Program-made: the position numbers and the translations under genes
The notes under the pieces: generated by a model
Database searches by the model: none
Told to the model about the DNA's origin: nothing
What the model saw: the letters and a program-made list of their open reading frames with translations, nothing else
Shown here: in pieces, positions 47,678-59,504 of the stretch
How positions within the stretch are numbered: the first letter of the stretch is position 1
Layout of the letters: every line of letters begins with the position of its first letter
Origin: Halomonas sp.
Lineage (GTDB): Bacteria > Pseudomonadota > Gammaproteobacteria > Pseudomonadales > Halomonadaceae
Direction of reading: 5' to 3'
Assembly: GCF_052095695.1 (NCBI RefSeq)
Contig: NZ_JBQDLQ010000004.1
Coordinates: 4,200-68,199 of the forward strand
DNA: 64,000 nt

Positions 47678-49053
47678 GCGGCCTCCTGCTTGGCGGCAAG
47701 CGCCTGATGAATGGCGTGCGCCGCCAGTTTACCGTGCTGAACGGCCTGTACGGTAAGATCCTGACCGGGCTTCACGCAGTCGCCACCCGCATAAACATTC
47801 GCAAGCGAGGTGCGGAACATGTCATCGACGTGAATGCGTTCGCCGTCCCGGGCAAGCTCCGCGGCGTTGGCGTCGCTGAGACTTTGGCTGTCAAAGCCCT
47901 GGCCAATCGCTTTGAAAACTGCGTCGGCGGCAATTTCAAACGTTTCCCCTGTCGGAGCTAAGCGCCCGTCTTGCTCATGGGTCTTGGCAAAGCGCATACC
48001 GGTCACGCGGCCCTGGTCATCCAGTACGATCTCGTCCGGCTGCGCCCAGGTGACCATGCGCACGCCGTTGGCCTTGGCGATCTCCTGCTCGTGGTCGGTG
48101 GCGGACATGGCCTCAACGCCCCGGCGGTAGACCAGCGTTACCTCGTTGGCCCCTAGGCGGGTCATTTGGGTGGCCATATCGATGGCGGTATTGCCCGCGC
48201 CAATCACGATGCAGCGCTTGGCCACGGCGAGACTGCCCAGGTCGTCGGTTTGGCGCAGCGTTTTGATGTAGTCCACTGCGGGCATCAGGCCGGGCGCATC
48301 GTCGCCGGTTAGCCCTAAGGCGCGGCTGGCACCCAGACCCAAGCCGAGGAAGACGCTGTCGTACTTTTGATGCAGGGTGGCAAGTTCCAGGTTGTCGCCC
48401 AATCGTTTCCCGTACTGGATGTCGATGCCGCCTACTTCGAGCAGAAACTCGACTTCCTTGCGGGCAAAGTCATCGGTCATCTTATAGCGGGCAATGCCGT
48501 ACTCGTTGAGCCCGCCGGGCTTTTGCTCGGCTTCAAAAATGCTCACCTGGTGGCCGAGCATCGCCAGTCGATGGGCACAGGAGAGCCCAGCCGGCCCGGC
48601 ACCTACCACGGCGATATGGCGACCGCTGCTGGCAGCCCGCTTGAATGGGTGGCCATCGAACTGCATGTGGTCGGTGGCGTGGCGCTGCAGCAGGCCGATC
48701 AGCACCGGTTGGCACTCGGCGTCGTGGTTGCGCACGCAGCTGCGCTCACAGAGGATTTCAGTAGGGCACACCCGAGCACAGCTGCCGCCCAGAATATTGG
48801 CTTCCAAAATGGTTTCTGCCGCGCCGTTGATGTTGCTGTCGCTGATTTGGCGAATAAAGCTTGGGATATCGATCTCCGACGGACAGGCCTCAATGCAGGG
48901 CGCATCAAAGCAGTAAAGACAGCGCTGGCTTTCGATTATCGCCTGTCGCTGCGTCAGCGGTGGGTGAAGATCGCTAAAGTTGCTTGCCAGCGTATCCGGG
49001 TCGTAGGTGCCGACCTCTTTGGCGCTGGGTAGATGGTTCAGTGGGCTAGTCAC
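47674..49053 (-). CDS. preT: Dihydropyrimidine dehydrogenase subunit PreT
   Basis: RCLYCFDAPCIEACP, CARVCP, VGAGPAGL, IGAGNTAID. Confidence 0.93.
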   Translation of the reverse strand: MTSPLNHLPSAKEVGTYDPDTLASNFSDLHPPLTQRQAIIESQRCLYCFDAPCIEACPSEIDIPSFIRQISDSNINGAAETILEANILGGSCARVCPTEILCERSCVRNHDAECQPVLIGLLQRHATDHMQFDGHPFKRAASSGRHIAVVGAGPAGLSCAHRLAMLGHQVSIFEAEQKPGGLNEYGIARYKMTDDFARKEVEFLLEVGGIDIQYGKRLGDNLELATLHQKYDSVFLGLGLGASRALGLTGDDAPGLMPAVDYIKTLRQTDDLGSLAVAKRCIVIGAGNTAIDMATQMTRLGANEVTLVYRRGVEAMSATDHEQEIAKANGVRMVTWAQPDEIVLDDQGRVTGMRFAKTHEQDGRLAPTGETFEIAADAVFKAIGQGFDSQSLSDANAAELARDGERIHVDDMFRTSLANVYAGGDCVKPGQDLTVQAVQHGKLAAHAIHQALAAKQEAA

Positions 49054-49085
49054 GGTCGAGCCTCCGTTTTTTATAGAAACAGCTG

Positions 49086-50543
<1,458 letters not shown>

Positions 50544-50557
50544 TTATTTGGATAGGG

Positions 50558-51424
50558 CTACTCGCCATCGGTGAGACGGGTATAAGTCTCCGGGCGGCGG
50601 TCGCGGAAGAACTGCCAGTTGTTACGGGCTTCCCGCACCATGTCCAAATCAATCTCGTGGACGAGGAGTTCATCGTCGGTTTCGCTAGCCTGAGCTTCGA
50701 TTTTGCCGCGAGGGTTGACGATATAGCTGGAGCCGTAGAAGTCGCCGATATTCCACGGTGCTTCGCTGCCGACGCGGTTGATGGCGGCGATAAAGCAGCC
50801 GTTAGCGGCGGCAGAGGCGGGCTGCTCAAGCTCCCAAAGATATTGGGAAAGCCCGGCCACGGTGGCAGAGGGATTAAAAATCACCTCAGCGCCGTTGAGC
50901 GCCAGCGCCCGCCAGCCTTCGGGGAAATGACGGTCATAGCAGATATACACGCCGATTTTGCCGTAAGCGGTATCGAATACCGGCCAGTTAGATTGGCCTG
51001 GCTTGAAGAAGAACTTCTCCCAAAAGCCAGCTACTTGGGGAATATGGGTTTTGTGGTATTTGCCTAGATAACTGCCATCGGCATCGAACACGGCGGCGGT
51101 GTTGTAGTAAACACCGGTTTCGGTTTCTTCATAGAGCGGAACAATAATGACCATGCGGTGCTCGGCGGCCAGTTTCTGCATCATTTGGCAGGTGGGGCCT
51201 TCGGGTACGCGCTCGGCGGCGGCGTACCATTTGCCGTCTTGGCTGGGGCAAAAGTACGGCTGATTAAAGACTTCCTGAAAGCACAGCACCTGCACGCCCT
51301 GGTCGGCGGCTTGCTGAATCATCGGTAGATGGGCTTCGTTCATCGCGTCACGAATGGCCGCGGGCGAAAGCTCGGTGCTGGTTTTTAAGCCCATTTGAAT
51401 TAAGCCGATTTTCATCTTCTGCAT
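50558..51424 (-). CDS. Beta-ureidopropionase, nitrilase family
   Basis: CFQEVFNQPYFC, KYHKTHIP, ICYDRHFPEGWR, FNPSAT. Start placed at ATG 51424. Confidence 0.85.
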   Translation of the reverse strand: MQKMKIGLIQMGLKTSTELSPAAIRDAMNEAHLPMIQQAADQGVQVLCFQEVFNQPYFCPSQDGKWYAAAERVPEGPTCQMMQKLAAEHRMVIIVPLYEETETGVYYNTAAVFDADGSYLGKYHKTHIPQVAGFWEKFFFKPGQSNWPVFDTAYGKIGVYICYDRHFPEGWRALALNGAEVIFNPSATVAGLSQYLWELEQPASAAANGCFIAAINRVGSEAPWNIGDFYGSSYIVNPRGKIEAQASETDDELLVHEIDLDMVREARNNWQFFRDRRPETYTRLTDGE

Positions 51425-51617
51425 TAGACGCTCCCTCTGATTGTTGGTGTAAAGCGTTTGTTTCGGTCTTAAGCGTTGTCTAATAAAGCTGACAATCAAG
51501 ACAACTTTTCTTAAAAGTATCGTTGGCTTGGTGGTTTTAGCAAGTCATCATTTATTGTTTTTTAAATTAACGTTAACTCTTTGAGTTTGTTTGATTTTAT
51601 TTCTATAGATAGCAATA

Positions 51618-51655
51618 TTCACTCTTTTGGTGATCATGCGCACTGTTTTGGAGTG
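51618..51655. promoter_or_regulatory. Two degenerate NtrC-like enhancer sites
   Basis: TTCACTCTTTTGGTGAT and CGCACTGTTTTGGAGTG, 21 bp apart, compared with consensus TGCACC-N5-GGTGCA. Confidence 0.35.
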
Positions 51656-51874
51656 TTTTGTTAATTGTTTTAAATCATGTTGTTATCTTTTTTGGCGGAC
51701 TTATTTTAAATTCCGAGATGTTTAAAGTTGGTGCAAATATTTTTTTTGATCTAGCTTTGTTTAATCGACGTTTGTTCGAGAGGTAATATCGTCAAAGGTA
51801 ACAATCTAATAATAATATTGTTGTCCATAAAGGCAGCTTTTTAATCAATGAGTTAATTGGCATGCTCGCTTAGC

Positions 51875-51891
51875 TAGGCACACTTATTGCT
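51875..51891 (+). promoter_or_regulatory. Sigma54 promoter for the NCS1 permease
   Basis: TAGGCACACTTATTGCT with GG-N10-GC spacing. Confidence 0.7.
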
Positions 51892-52012
51892 TTGAATCCT
51901 GTCTAGGAAACGTCACTGACCGTGGGGATTAAGCTTTGTCTGAATTTAGCCGCTGTCGCTAGTGTTCAGGCACCGCCTGGGTTGGGCAACGCAATGCTGA
52001 GGAGATACAAAG

Positions 52013-53533
52013 ATGCCAGAAACAACCTCTCAGATGGTGGATCGAGATGGTCTGATTGAGCTTGAGGTAGGGAACGATGTACGCAACAGTTCGCGTTTTA
52101 ATGACGATATTGCTCCGACCCAGGCCAGTGAGCGCACCTGGACCAAATGGAATATCGCCGCCCTGTGGGTCGGCATGTCGATCTGCGTGCCTACCTATAC
52201 ACTGGGCGGCGTATTAACTGCCTACTTTGGTTTAAGCGTGGGCGAGGCGTTATTTGCTATTCTGTTGGCGAATATCATTGTGCTGATCCCACTTACGTTG
52301 AATGCCTTTCCGGGTACCAAGTTTGGTATTCCTTTTCCCGTGGTTTTGCGTTCCTCATTTGGCATTTTAGGTTCCAACGTGCCCTGCCTGGTGCGCGCTC
52401 TGGTAGGCTGTGGCTGGTTTGGCATTCAAACGATGTTTGGCGGCCTGGCGATTCACCTACTGCTTTCAGAGCTGGTGCCTGCTTGGGCAGCATTAGGCGG
52501 TATTGGTGAAGTTATCGGCTTTTTTGTCTTTGGCGCGATGAATCTGTACGTGGTTATTCGCGGGGCCGAATCAATCAAATGGCTGGAAACACTGGCCGCG
52601 CCGCTGCTGCTGGCGGTGGGTATTGGGCTAATGATGTGGGCATGGCCAAATATGTCGATGACCGAGCTTCTCGCGCAGCCGCCATCGCGCCCTGAAGGGG
52701 CATCGGTTTACGGTTATTTTTTCGCGGGCTTGACCGCCATGGTCGGTTTTTGGGCCACGCTATCGCTTAATATCCCCGATTTCAGCCGCTTTGCGAAAAG
52801 CCAAAAAGACCAGATTGTTGGTCAAGTAATCGGCCTTCCGCTGACGATGTTCTTCTTTGCAGCTCTCGGGGTGGTGTTGACCGCCGCTTCTGAGACGTTA
52901 GTGGGCCAAACCGTTGCCGACCCGGTGCGCTTAATTGGCTATATTGATAGCCCCTTCTGGGTCGTGATGGCGATGCTGCTGATCATTATTGCTACCATTT
53001 CTACGAATACCGCCTCGAATATTGTTTCCCCCACCAATGATTTTCAGAATATCGCGCCTAAGTTAATCAACCAAACGCGCGGCGTATTGATGACGGGGGC
53101 TGTTGGGGTGCTGTTAATGGGCTACGACCTGCTGCAAAAAGCTGGTTTAATTCCGCCTGGGGTGTCCCTTGAACAGATGTATTCCAACTGGCTGCTGGGT
53201 TATTCAAGCCTGTTAGGGCCAATCGCTGGCATCATGGCAGTGGACTACTTTCTGATTAAAAAACAGCGTTTGGATGTGCCGAGCCTGTACATGGATAATC
53301 ACGCCTATCCTGCTGTAAACATCGCTGGCTTTATTGCTTTTGGCGTGCCGGTGCTGCTCACGTTAATGTCGCTAGTGATAGACACGATGAACTGGTTTTA
53401 TGACTACGGTTGGTTCACAGGCTCAGCGCTTGGAGCCATTGTTTACTACGTGGCGAGCCACGTGTTGGCGTCGTCCCCACAGGCTGGGCCGGTACCCATC
53501 ATGGCCCGTGACGCAGCAGAGCAACGTTCATAA
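52013..53533 (+). CDS. NCS1-family nucleobase:cation symporter (pyrimidine permease)
   Basis: LWVGMSICVPTY, GIPFPVVLRSSFG, GWFGIQT, WATLSLNIPDFSRF. Confidence 0.92.
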   Translation: MPETTSQMVDRDGLIELEVGNDVRNSSRFNDDIAPTQASERTWTKWNIAALWVGMSICVPTYTLGGVLTAYFGLSVGEALFAILLANIIVLIPLTLNAFPGTKFGIPFPVVLRSSFGILGSNVPCLVRALVGCGWFGIQTMFGGLAIHLLLSELVPAWAALGGIGEVIGFFVFGAMNLYVVIRGAESIKWLETLAAPLLLAVGIGLMMWAWPNMSMTELLAQPPSRPEGASVYGYFFAGLTAMVGFWATLSLNIPDFSRFAKSQKDQIVGQVIGLPLTMFFFAALGVVLTAASETLVGQTVADPVRLIGYIDSPFWVVMAMLLIIIATISTNTASNIVSPTNDFQNIAPKLINQTRGVLMTGAVGVLLMGYDLLQKAGLIPPGVSLEQMYSNWLLGYSSLLGPIAGIMAVDYFLIKKQRLDVPSLYMDNHAYPAVNIAGFIAFGVPVLLTLMSLVIDTMNWFYDYGWFTGSALGAIVYYVASHVLASSPQAGPVPIMARDAAEQRS

Positions 53534-53550
53534 AGCGCACGGTTTTTTGC

Positions 53551-54456
53551 TTACTCAACGTTTTTAATAAAACTTAAAAACGCGTCCACTACGCGATTAG
53601 GGCGCCGGTCGTGGCGGGTGATGAGCACAAAAGGAATGCGGTAGTGCTGAGTGCTTGCATGTAGCACCCGCATCTTGCCAGCGGCCACCCACTGGGCAGC
53701 CACGTGCTCAGGTAGAAAACCGATGAAGCGCCCGGTAAGAATCAAAAAGGCTGCTCCTTCGCGGTCTGATGCCGAGGCGCGCAGGCAAAGCGCATCATGC
53801 GCCTCGCGCGCTGCTGTAGGTAGCGGATAGCGCGGCGAAATAGCCGGGTATTGGGCAATAATGGAGGCATCAAGAGTGTCGTCAGGCTTAGCAAAAAGCG
53901 GGTGCCTCGCCGCGCAGTAAAGATACGAAGGCTCGTCGTAGAGGTGGCGCGTTTCTAGGCTGGTCGGTAGATTCACCGCGGGCACGACGCCCACGTGAAG
54001 ATGGCCATCCATCACGCCGCGTATCACCGCATCGGAAGGCTCCATATGAATATGCAGCGTGACATCATGCGCCGGTGCACTCAGCTCGGCCAGCGCATTG
54101 GTGACATGCATGGCCGGTAGCGTGACCAAATTATCGGTAATGCCAATATTAAGCTCGCCTTTAATCGTTTGATGTAGGGCATTTACATCGCTTTTAAAGG
54201 TTTCCAGCGCAGTGAGCAGTGTAAGCCCGGCCTGATAAATCTCTTTCCCTTCTTCAGTTAAGCTAAACCCGCCACGCCCTCGCTGGCAGAGAGAGAATCC
54301 TAGCCGACCCTCGAGGTCATTCATATGCTGGCTAATCGCCGAACGGCTAATGCCGAGCGTCGTTTCAGCCGCGGTAAAGCCGCCGCACTCGACAATCGTT
54401 TTAAAAATACGAATTAAGCGTATTTCGTAGTCGCTCATCTGGCCTAGCGATGCCAT
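53551..54456 (-). CDS. LysR-family regulator
   Basis: IRLIRIFKTIVECGGFTAAETTLGISRSAIS HTH. Confidence 0.92.
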   Translation of the reverse strand: MASLGQMSDYEIRLIRIFKTIVECGGFTAAETTLGISRSAISQHMNDLEGRLGFSLCQRGRGGFSLTEEGKEIYQAGLTLLTALETFKSDVNALHQTIKGELNIGITDNLVTLPAMHVTNALAELSAPAHDVTLHIHMEPSDAVIRGVMDGHLHVGVVPAVNLPTSLETRHLYDEPSYLYCAARHPLFAKPDDTLDASIIAQYPAISPRYPLPTAAREAHDALCLRASASDREGAAFLILTGRFIGFLPEHVAAQWVAAGKMRVLHASTQHYRIPFVLITRHDRRPNRVVDAFLSFIKNVE

Positions 54457-54492
54457 AACACTCCTTGGTAGGTAGACAACAACACCAAGCCC

Positions 54493-55503
54493 TTAACACG
54501 TTAATGCCTTCAACCGTGCTGCGAGGTCAGTATGTGGTGCGTCCAGCGTGTCCGGTAAGATAACTTCTAAGCGCGAGTCTTGCCGCCAAGCGCTGCTCTC
54601 AACGATGAGTGTACCGTCTGCACGATTAAGGCGTTTCCAACCGCTCGCGGTATGGAACACCCCTTTAATGCGTGCCTCCGGAGGAAATTCACTCAAACAG
54701 GCGGCGAGATTATCCAGCGCGAAGCGCTCACTTGGATGCCAGCGCAACCCTGTGCTGGTGTAGCCCAGCGAAGAGCCGGTTTCACGCTGAGGCTTGCCTG
54801 GTGGGGGCGGGAAATCAAAAAATGAGCCAGCTATGCTGGGGGCTGCAGCTAGATGTAGATGGCTGGCGGGCATACTGATATCGCTTGATTCGGCGCTTCC
54901 ACCTTGGGTCAATAACGCTATCGGTAGCTTGCCTTGCAGGGCTTCATGTAACCATTTGCGTGGCGGCCAGCGCTGTGCCACAAAGGCGTGGGCGGCGTTG
55001 AGCTGTTCGGGCGTACTATGGTCGAGCATGGTCAGTGCAACAGCATCGGCCATGTCGAGCTGGTCGCGAAAGGTGTCGTGCTGCCGAGCCCGGGCGTCAT
55101 CTAATCGGCGCGGATCAAGGGTGGCAATAATATCGCGTACCTCGACCACTTCATGGAAGGCTTCGCCACGCAGTAGATCCAATAGGCCCGCCGGATGACC
55201 AAGGCCTGAGGGTTCGATGATTACGCGATCAGGCTTGCTGCGTGCCAGCAAATTCACCAGCGCTGCTTGCAGCACAAAGGCGAGCTGACAGCACAGGCAG
55301 CCGCCGGGCAAGCCTTTCACCAACACATCGTCACGGGCGTCAAACATGGCTTGGTCGATGCCGATCTGACCAAACTCATTGACCAGGATGGCCCACTTTT
55401 CATCCACAGGCTTTTGCTCGATCAGGCTGTGGATAAGCGTGGTTTTGCCGCTACCTAGAAAGCCAGTAATGATATGCACCGGCACTTTCGTTAACCCTGA
55501 CAA
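54493..55503 (-). CDS. CobW/COG0523 G3E GTPase (metallochaperone)
   Basis: ITGFLGSGKTT, VNEFG, GGCLCC, IIEPSGLGHP. Confidence 0.9.
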   Translation of the reverse strand: MSGLTKVPVHIITGFLGSGKTTLIHSLIEQKPVDEKWAILVNEFGQIGIDQAMFDARDDVLVKGLPGGCLCCQLAFVLQAALVNLLARSKPDRVIIEPSGLGHPAGLLDLLRGEAFHEVVEVRDIIATLDPRRLDDARARQHDTFRDQLDMADAVALTMLDHSTPEQLNAAHAFVAQRWPPRKWLHEALQGKLPIALLTQGGSAESSDISMPASHLHLAAAPSIAGSFFDFPPPPGKPQRETGSSLGYTSTGLRWHPSERFALDNLAACLSEFPPEARIKGVFHTASGWKRLNRADGTLIVESSAWRQDSRLEVILPDTLDAPHTDLAARLKALTC

Positions 55504-55506
55504 GGC

Positions 55507-56565
55507 CTAGCCTCCTGTCATATTCATAAAGCGTACCACCTGCACATCGCCATCGGTGGTGAAGTGATGGCGCTCCGGCTTAAGCGGCAAGGCATCAATG
55601 ATGGCCTGCTTAAGTATCTGCATATTGCCTGGATGGCGGCGCAGCACGGCGCGAAGATCTACTGAATGTTCATTGCCTAAGCAAAGCAGTAGGCGGCCTT
55701 CCACGGTGACCCGTACGCGGTTGCAGGTATCACAAAAGTTGTGGCTATGCGGCGAGATAAACCCAACGCGGCTTTCGCTGTCGAGCATCTTAAAGTAGCG
55801 CGAAGGACCCGGTGTGGTTTCGGCCGTGGCCATCAGCGGGTAGCGGGACTCAATCATCGCCTGCACGTCGTCGCTGGAGTAGAACGTTTCCGCCCGCGAG
55901 TGATCGGAGACATCGCCCAGCGGCATTTCTTCGATAAAGCTAATGTCCAGACCTTCTTTGCGGGCAAAGGTGACCAAGTCGATCACTTCATCGTCATTAC
56001 GGCCTTTTAAGATCACCGCGTTGAGCTTAATGCGCTTAAACCCCGCTTCCTGAGCGGCGTGAATGCCGTCAATCACTTTGGCGAGATCGCCGGTGCGAGT
56101 CAGCTGCTTGAAGCGTTCCGGAACCAGTGAGTCCAAGCTAATATTGAGACGCCGCAGGCCGCTGGCATAAAGCTGTTTAGCGTGCTTACGCAGGCTGGCG
56201 CCGTTCGTGGTCATGGTGAAATCTGTAAGGCCCGGCATGGCGCCGATCTCATCCACGAGTTGATCAATGCCGCTGCGCACGAGCGGTTCGCCACCGGTAA
56301 GGCGAATCTTTTCAACCCCCAGCTCGGTGAAGGCGCGGGCCACCATGGCAATCTCTTCCAGCGTCAGTACCTGAGCACGAGGTAGAAACGTCATCTCTTC
56401 GCTCATGCAGTACACGCAGCGGAAATCGCAGCGGTCGGTGACCGAAATACGCACGTAGCTAATACGCCGGCCAAAACCATCAATCAGTGGCTGGTCAGCA
56501 TGTGGTTGGTCAAAATGTGAGTGGCCAGCGCGTTGCTGAGTCGTTCGTTGCTCGGTCATAGCCAT
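55507..56565 (-). CDS. moaA: GTP 3',8-cyclase MoaA
   Basis: Radical [27 protein letters not shown]...LCL, C-terminal GG. Confidence 0.96.
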   Translation of the reverse strand: MAMTEQRTTQQRAGHSHFDQPHADQPLIDGFGRRISYVRISVTDRCDFRCVYCMSEEMTFLPRAQVLTLEEIAMVARAFTELGVEKIRLTGGEPLVRSGIDQLVDEIGAMPGLTDFTMTTNGASLRKHAKQLYASGLRRLNISLDSLVPERFKQLTRTGDLAKVIDGIHAAQEAGFKRIKLNAVILKGRNDDEVIDLVTFARKEGLDISFIEEMPLGDVSDHSRAETFYSSDDVQAMIESRYPLMATAETTPGPSRYFKMLDSESRVGFISPHSHNFCDTCNRVRVTVEGRLLLCLGNEHSVDLRAVLRRHPGNMQILKQAIIDALPLKPERHHFTTDGDVQVVRFMNMTGG

Positions 56566-57827
56566 CCCGTTAGTGGTTGTATGCTGACTACCTCGCCTGG
56601 TTGTGCGCCGTCTTGGTCATCGGCAAGTTCAATCAAGCAATTAGCAGCCACCATCGAGGTTAAAATACCCGAACCTTGGGCGCCGGTGCTGCGTACGTGT
56701 AACTGTCCTTCTCCATCAGTATGGTAGACACCGCGAATAAAATCAGTGCGCTTTAAGCGGCTTTTTAAGACGTTATCGGCAATCGCATAAAGGTGATGGG
56801 GCGGTGATGCTGGCAGCCCCTGAAGTCGATCCAGCAGCGGCGTTACAAACTGTAGAAAGGTTACCATGACCGCCACTGGATTGCCGGGAAGGCCGACGAA
56901 CGGCGTGTGCTGTTCGCCTAACCAGCCGCAGGCTATGGGCCGACCTGGGCGAAGCGCTACGCGCCAGAACGCTAAGCGCCCCAGCTGCTGCAGCGCAGTG
57001 CGGGTAAAGTCAGCCTGACCCACGGATACGCCACCGCTGGTTATCACCAAATCGCTTTGCTGGGCGGCTTGCGCCAGCACTGTTTGGATAGCGTGCAGCT
57101 CATCCGGCAAAATGCCGAGATCAATCACGTCAGCGCCGTACTCGGCAAGCATGCCGATCAGCGTAAAACGATTCGCGTCATAAACCCCGGCTGGAGCAAT
57201 AGGCTCGCCGGGGGCCGTAACTTCGTTGCCGGTAGAGAAAATCGCCACCTTCGGGCGTTGGCACACGGGAACCGTGGCATGGCCTAGCGATGCTAATAAG
57301 CCCAGCTTGGCGGCATCGAGTCGCGAACCTGCTGCCAGTGCCGTATCGCCAATCGCCATGTCTTCACCGGCCTGGCGTACATGTTGGCCGTGTTTGAGGC
57401 GTTCAGGAGACTCGATGATTACATACTCAGGCTGTTCATCTGACGGTTCGCGCAGCTGTTCACTCATCACCACTGTGTCGGTGCCCGGCGGCAATGGGGC
57501 GCCCGTGGTAATGCGTACACAGTGGCCGGCAGGCACCATTTCGCTGCGATACTGGCCCGCTAACACCTCACCGGCCAGGGGCCAATGGGTTTGCTTGGCC
57601 CCAACACCTTCTCTCGCCAAGGCCAGCGCCACGCCGTCCATCGCCGCATTGGTGTTTTGCGGCACGTTAAGCGTCGCCAGCACCTCGGTGGCCAAGCGGC
57701 GACCATGGGCCTGTGCCAGAGGAACCTGTTCGCTGTCTAGCGGGTGCTCAATTAACGTAGCGAGCGCTTGACGGGCTTCGTCAACGCTAAGCATTTTCTC
57801 ACCGAGATCAAAGCAGGAGAGCGTCAC
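56556..57827 (-). CDS. moeA: Molybdopterin molybdotransferase MoeA
   Basis: AMDG, RITTGA, STGNE, SGGVSVG, GLPGNP, QGSG. Confidence 0.95.
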   Translation of the reverse strand: MTLSCFDLGEKMLSVDEARQALATLIEHPLDSEQVPLAQAHGRRLATEVLATLNVPQNTNAAMDGVALALAREGVGAKQTHWPLAGEVLAGQYRSEMVPAGHCVRITTGAPLPPGTDTVVMSEQLREPSDEQPEYVIIESPERLKHGQHVRQAGEDMAIGDTALAAGSRLDAAKLGLLASLGHATVPVCQRPKVAIFSTGNEVTAPGEPIAPAGVYDANRFTLIGMLAEYGADVIDLGILPDELHAIQTVLAQAAQQSDLVITSGGVSVGQADFTRTALQQLGRLAFWRVALRPGRPIACGWLGEQHTPFVGLPGNPVAVMVTFLQFVTPLLDRLQGLPASPPHHLYAIADNVLKSRLKRTDFIRGVYHTDGEGQLHVRSTGAQGSGILTSMVAANCLIELADDQDGAQPGEVVSIQPLTGWL

Positions 57828-58450
57828 GTTGCCTCCTTGCCTTTAGTCGACAGCAGAACAGTTTCAAGGTGCCGCTTTTCCTCTTCAGTGTTGAGGTTAG
57901 CAAAGGCCTCGGGGCAGTCGGACATATCGACCTTGCACCAGTGATGGCGCGCATACCAACGGTCGATTTTGCGCTCACCTTCGGCCAACACGGCGGCTAA
58001 GTCGTCGGCGAGTGACGTGCGCAGCAGCGCTACCACGGGGTGCAGCCGCTCACCGTCAAAGGCCACGCCAATATCATGATCGCCAATCCCTGCCACTAAA
58101 CGTGCTACTAAGTTATCTGGCAGGGCGGGAGAGTCACAGGGAGCAATTAGCAACCAAGGCGTTTTGGCTGCGCGCAGCCCGCTATAAATCCCCATGAGCG
58201 GGCCTTTGAAGCCGCCGTCGGCGCCCTCCATTACCCGATCAGCAATCACACGATCAGCAAAGAAGCGGTAAGCATCGGCATTGCGATTGGCATTAATCAG
58301 CAGTTCGCCTACTTGGCCCTCCAGGCGTTTAACCGCATGGGCGACAAGAGGCAGGCCTGCAAAAGGCTCAAGTCCCTTATCGCGACCGCCCATTCTACGA
58401 CCTTCGCCGCCGGCTAGAATCATACCGGTTAGTTCTTGGGTAGGAATCAT
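57824..58450 (-). CDS. mobA: Molybdenum cofactor guanylyltransferase
   Basis: ILAGGEGRRMGGRDKGL, GPLMG, PCDSP, NLNT. Confidence 0.95.
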   Translation of the reverse strand: MIPTQELTGMILAGGEGRRMGGRDKGLEPFAGLPLVAHAVKRLEGQVGELLINANRNADAYRFFADRVIADRVMEGADGGFKGPLMGIYSGLRAAKTPWLLIAPCDSPALPDNLVARLVAGIGDHDIGVAFDGERLHPVVALLRTSLADDLAAVLAEGERKIDRWYARHHWCKVDMSDCPEAFANLNTEEEKRHLETVLLSTKGKEAT

Positions 58451-59340
58451 GAGCGTGCCTGTGTTGATGAATGTGCCTGCTTTGATGAGCGCGCCTGTTT
58501 TGATGACTGTTCTGTGGACGGTCGCTCAGGCATCGCGTCCAGCGTCAGACGATTCTGGGTATTGATCGACTGAAAATGGCGGCCTTTGGCGCGGGCGATA
58601 AGCATCACGCCAAAGCGCTCGGCCAGCTCAACGCCTTTTTGCGTTACGCCTGAACGCGACACCAGTACGCTAATCCCCATTTGCGCCACCTTTAGTACCA
58701 TCTCTGATGTCAGTCGCCCTGTGGTATAAAAAATATCTGCGTTGGCACTATCTGCCTGCTGAAGCCATTGGCGCCCCGCCAGGGTATCTACAGCGTTGTG
58801 TCGCCCAACGTCTTCCACGAAATCGAGCACCTGGGCTTGATCGCAAAGTGCGCAGCCGTGAACGGCGCCAGCGCTCCGGTACGTTTCATTGTAGGCGTTG
58901 AGATTTTGCAGTAGCTGATAAAGCGTCGATTGTGCCAGCTGCGTATCGGGCAGCGCCATCAGCGCGGTTTGATCCAACAGTTTACCAAACACTGTGCCCT
59001 GGCCGCAGCCGGTGGTGACCGTGCGAGTACTTAAGCGTGCTTCCAGGTTGTCAGGCAGGTGGCGGGTAACCACCACGGCGGCTTCTACCTCCCAGTCGAC
59101 CTGTACGGCAGTCAAGTCCTCGGCAGATCGCAGCAGCCCTTGATTGCGTAAATAGCCGACCACAAGGGCTTCGGGGTCGTCACCCAGGGTCATCAGCGTG
59201 ACAATTTCGCGCTTATTGAGGTACACGGTTAGCGCCCGTTCAGCGGCGATCGCCTGTTGGCGCGTATCGCCATATTCGTCAACGATGCTAATCTGGGTAG
59301 TAGCCGGTAAGCGGGCTCGGCTTAGCTGAAGGGCGGGCAT
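58447..59340 (-). CDS. fdhD: Formate dehydrogenase sulfurtransferase FdhD
   Basis: TTGCGQG, GAVHGCAL, EDVGRHNAVD, TTGRLTSEMV. Confidence 0.93.
   Translation of the reverse strand: MPALQLSRARLPATTQISIVDEYGDTRQQAIAAERALTVYLNKREIVTLMTLGDDPEALVVGYLRNQGLLRSAEDLTAVQVDWEVEAAVVVTRHLPDNLEARLSTRTVTTGCGQGTVFGKLLDQTALMALPDTQLAQSTLYQLLQNLNAYNETYRSAGAVHGCALCDQAQVLDFVEDVGRHNAVDTLAGRQWLQQADSANADIFYTTGRLTSEMVLKVAQMGISVLVSRSGVTQKGVELAERFGVMLIARAKGRHFQSINTQNRLTLDAMPERPSTEQSSKQARSSKQAHSSTQARS
58449..58502. repeat. 3 x 18-bp tandem repeat in the fdhD 3' end
   Basis: ATGAGCGTGCCTGTGTTG / ATGAATGTGCCTGCTTTG / ATGAGCGCGCCTGTTTTG; encodes SSKQAR-SSKQAH-SSTQAR. Confidence 0.8.
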
Positions 59341-59434
59341 CCATGAACCTCACTAAATAGTTCTTGAAAAAAATAGCTCTCGCAAAACGTCGGGGTTGAC
59401 GATGATGGGGCTGGGGATGCTTACTTGTCTACCC

Positions 59435-59479
59435 ATTCAAGCTCCGTCTATTCAAGCTCGGTCTATTCAAGTTCTGTCT
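59435..59479. repeat. 3 x 15-bp tandem repeat in the divergent fdhD/DUF3305 intergenic region
   Basis: ATTCAAGCTCCGTCT / ATTCAAGCTCGGTCT / ATTCAAGTTCTGTCT. Confidence 0.85.
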
Positions 59480-59504
59480 ACTCCAGTTTCAGAGTGCTAA
59501 TGCC

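Noticed and set aside
59435-59479. Tandem repeats as a CRISPR array
   Set aside because: Units are contiguous with no spacers, are too short, and no cas genes are present.
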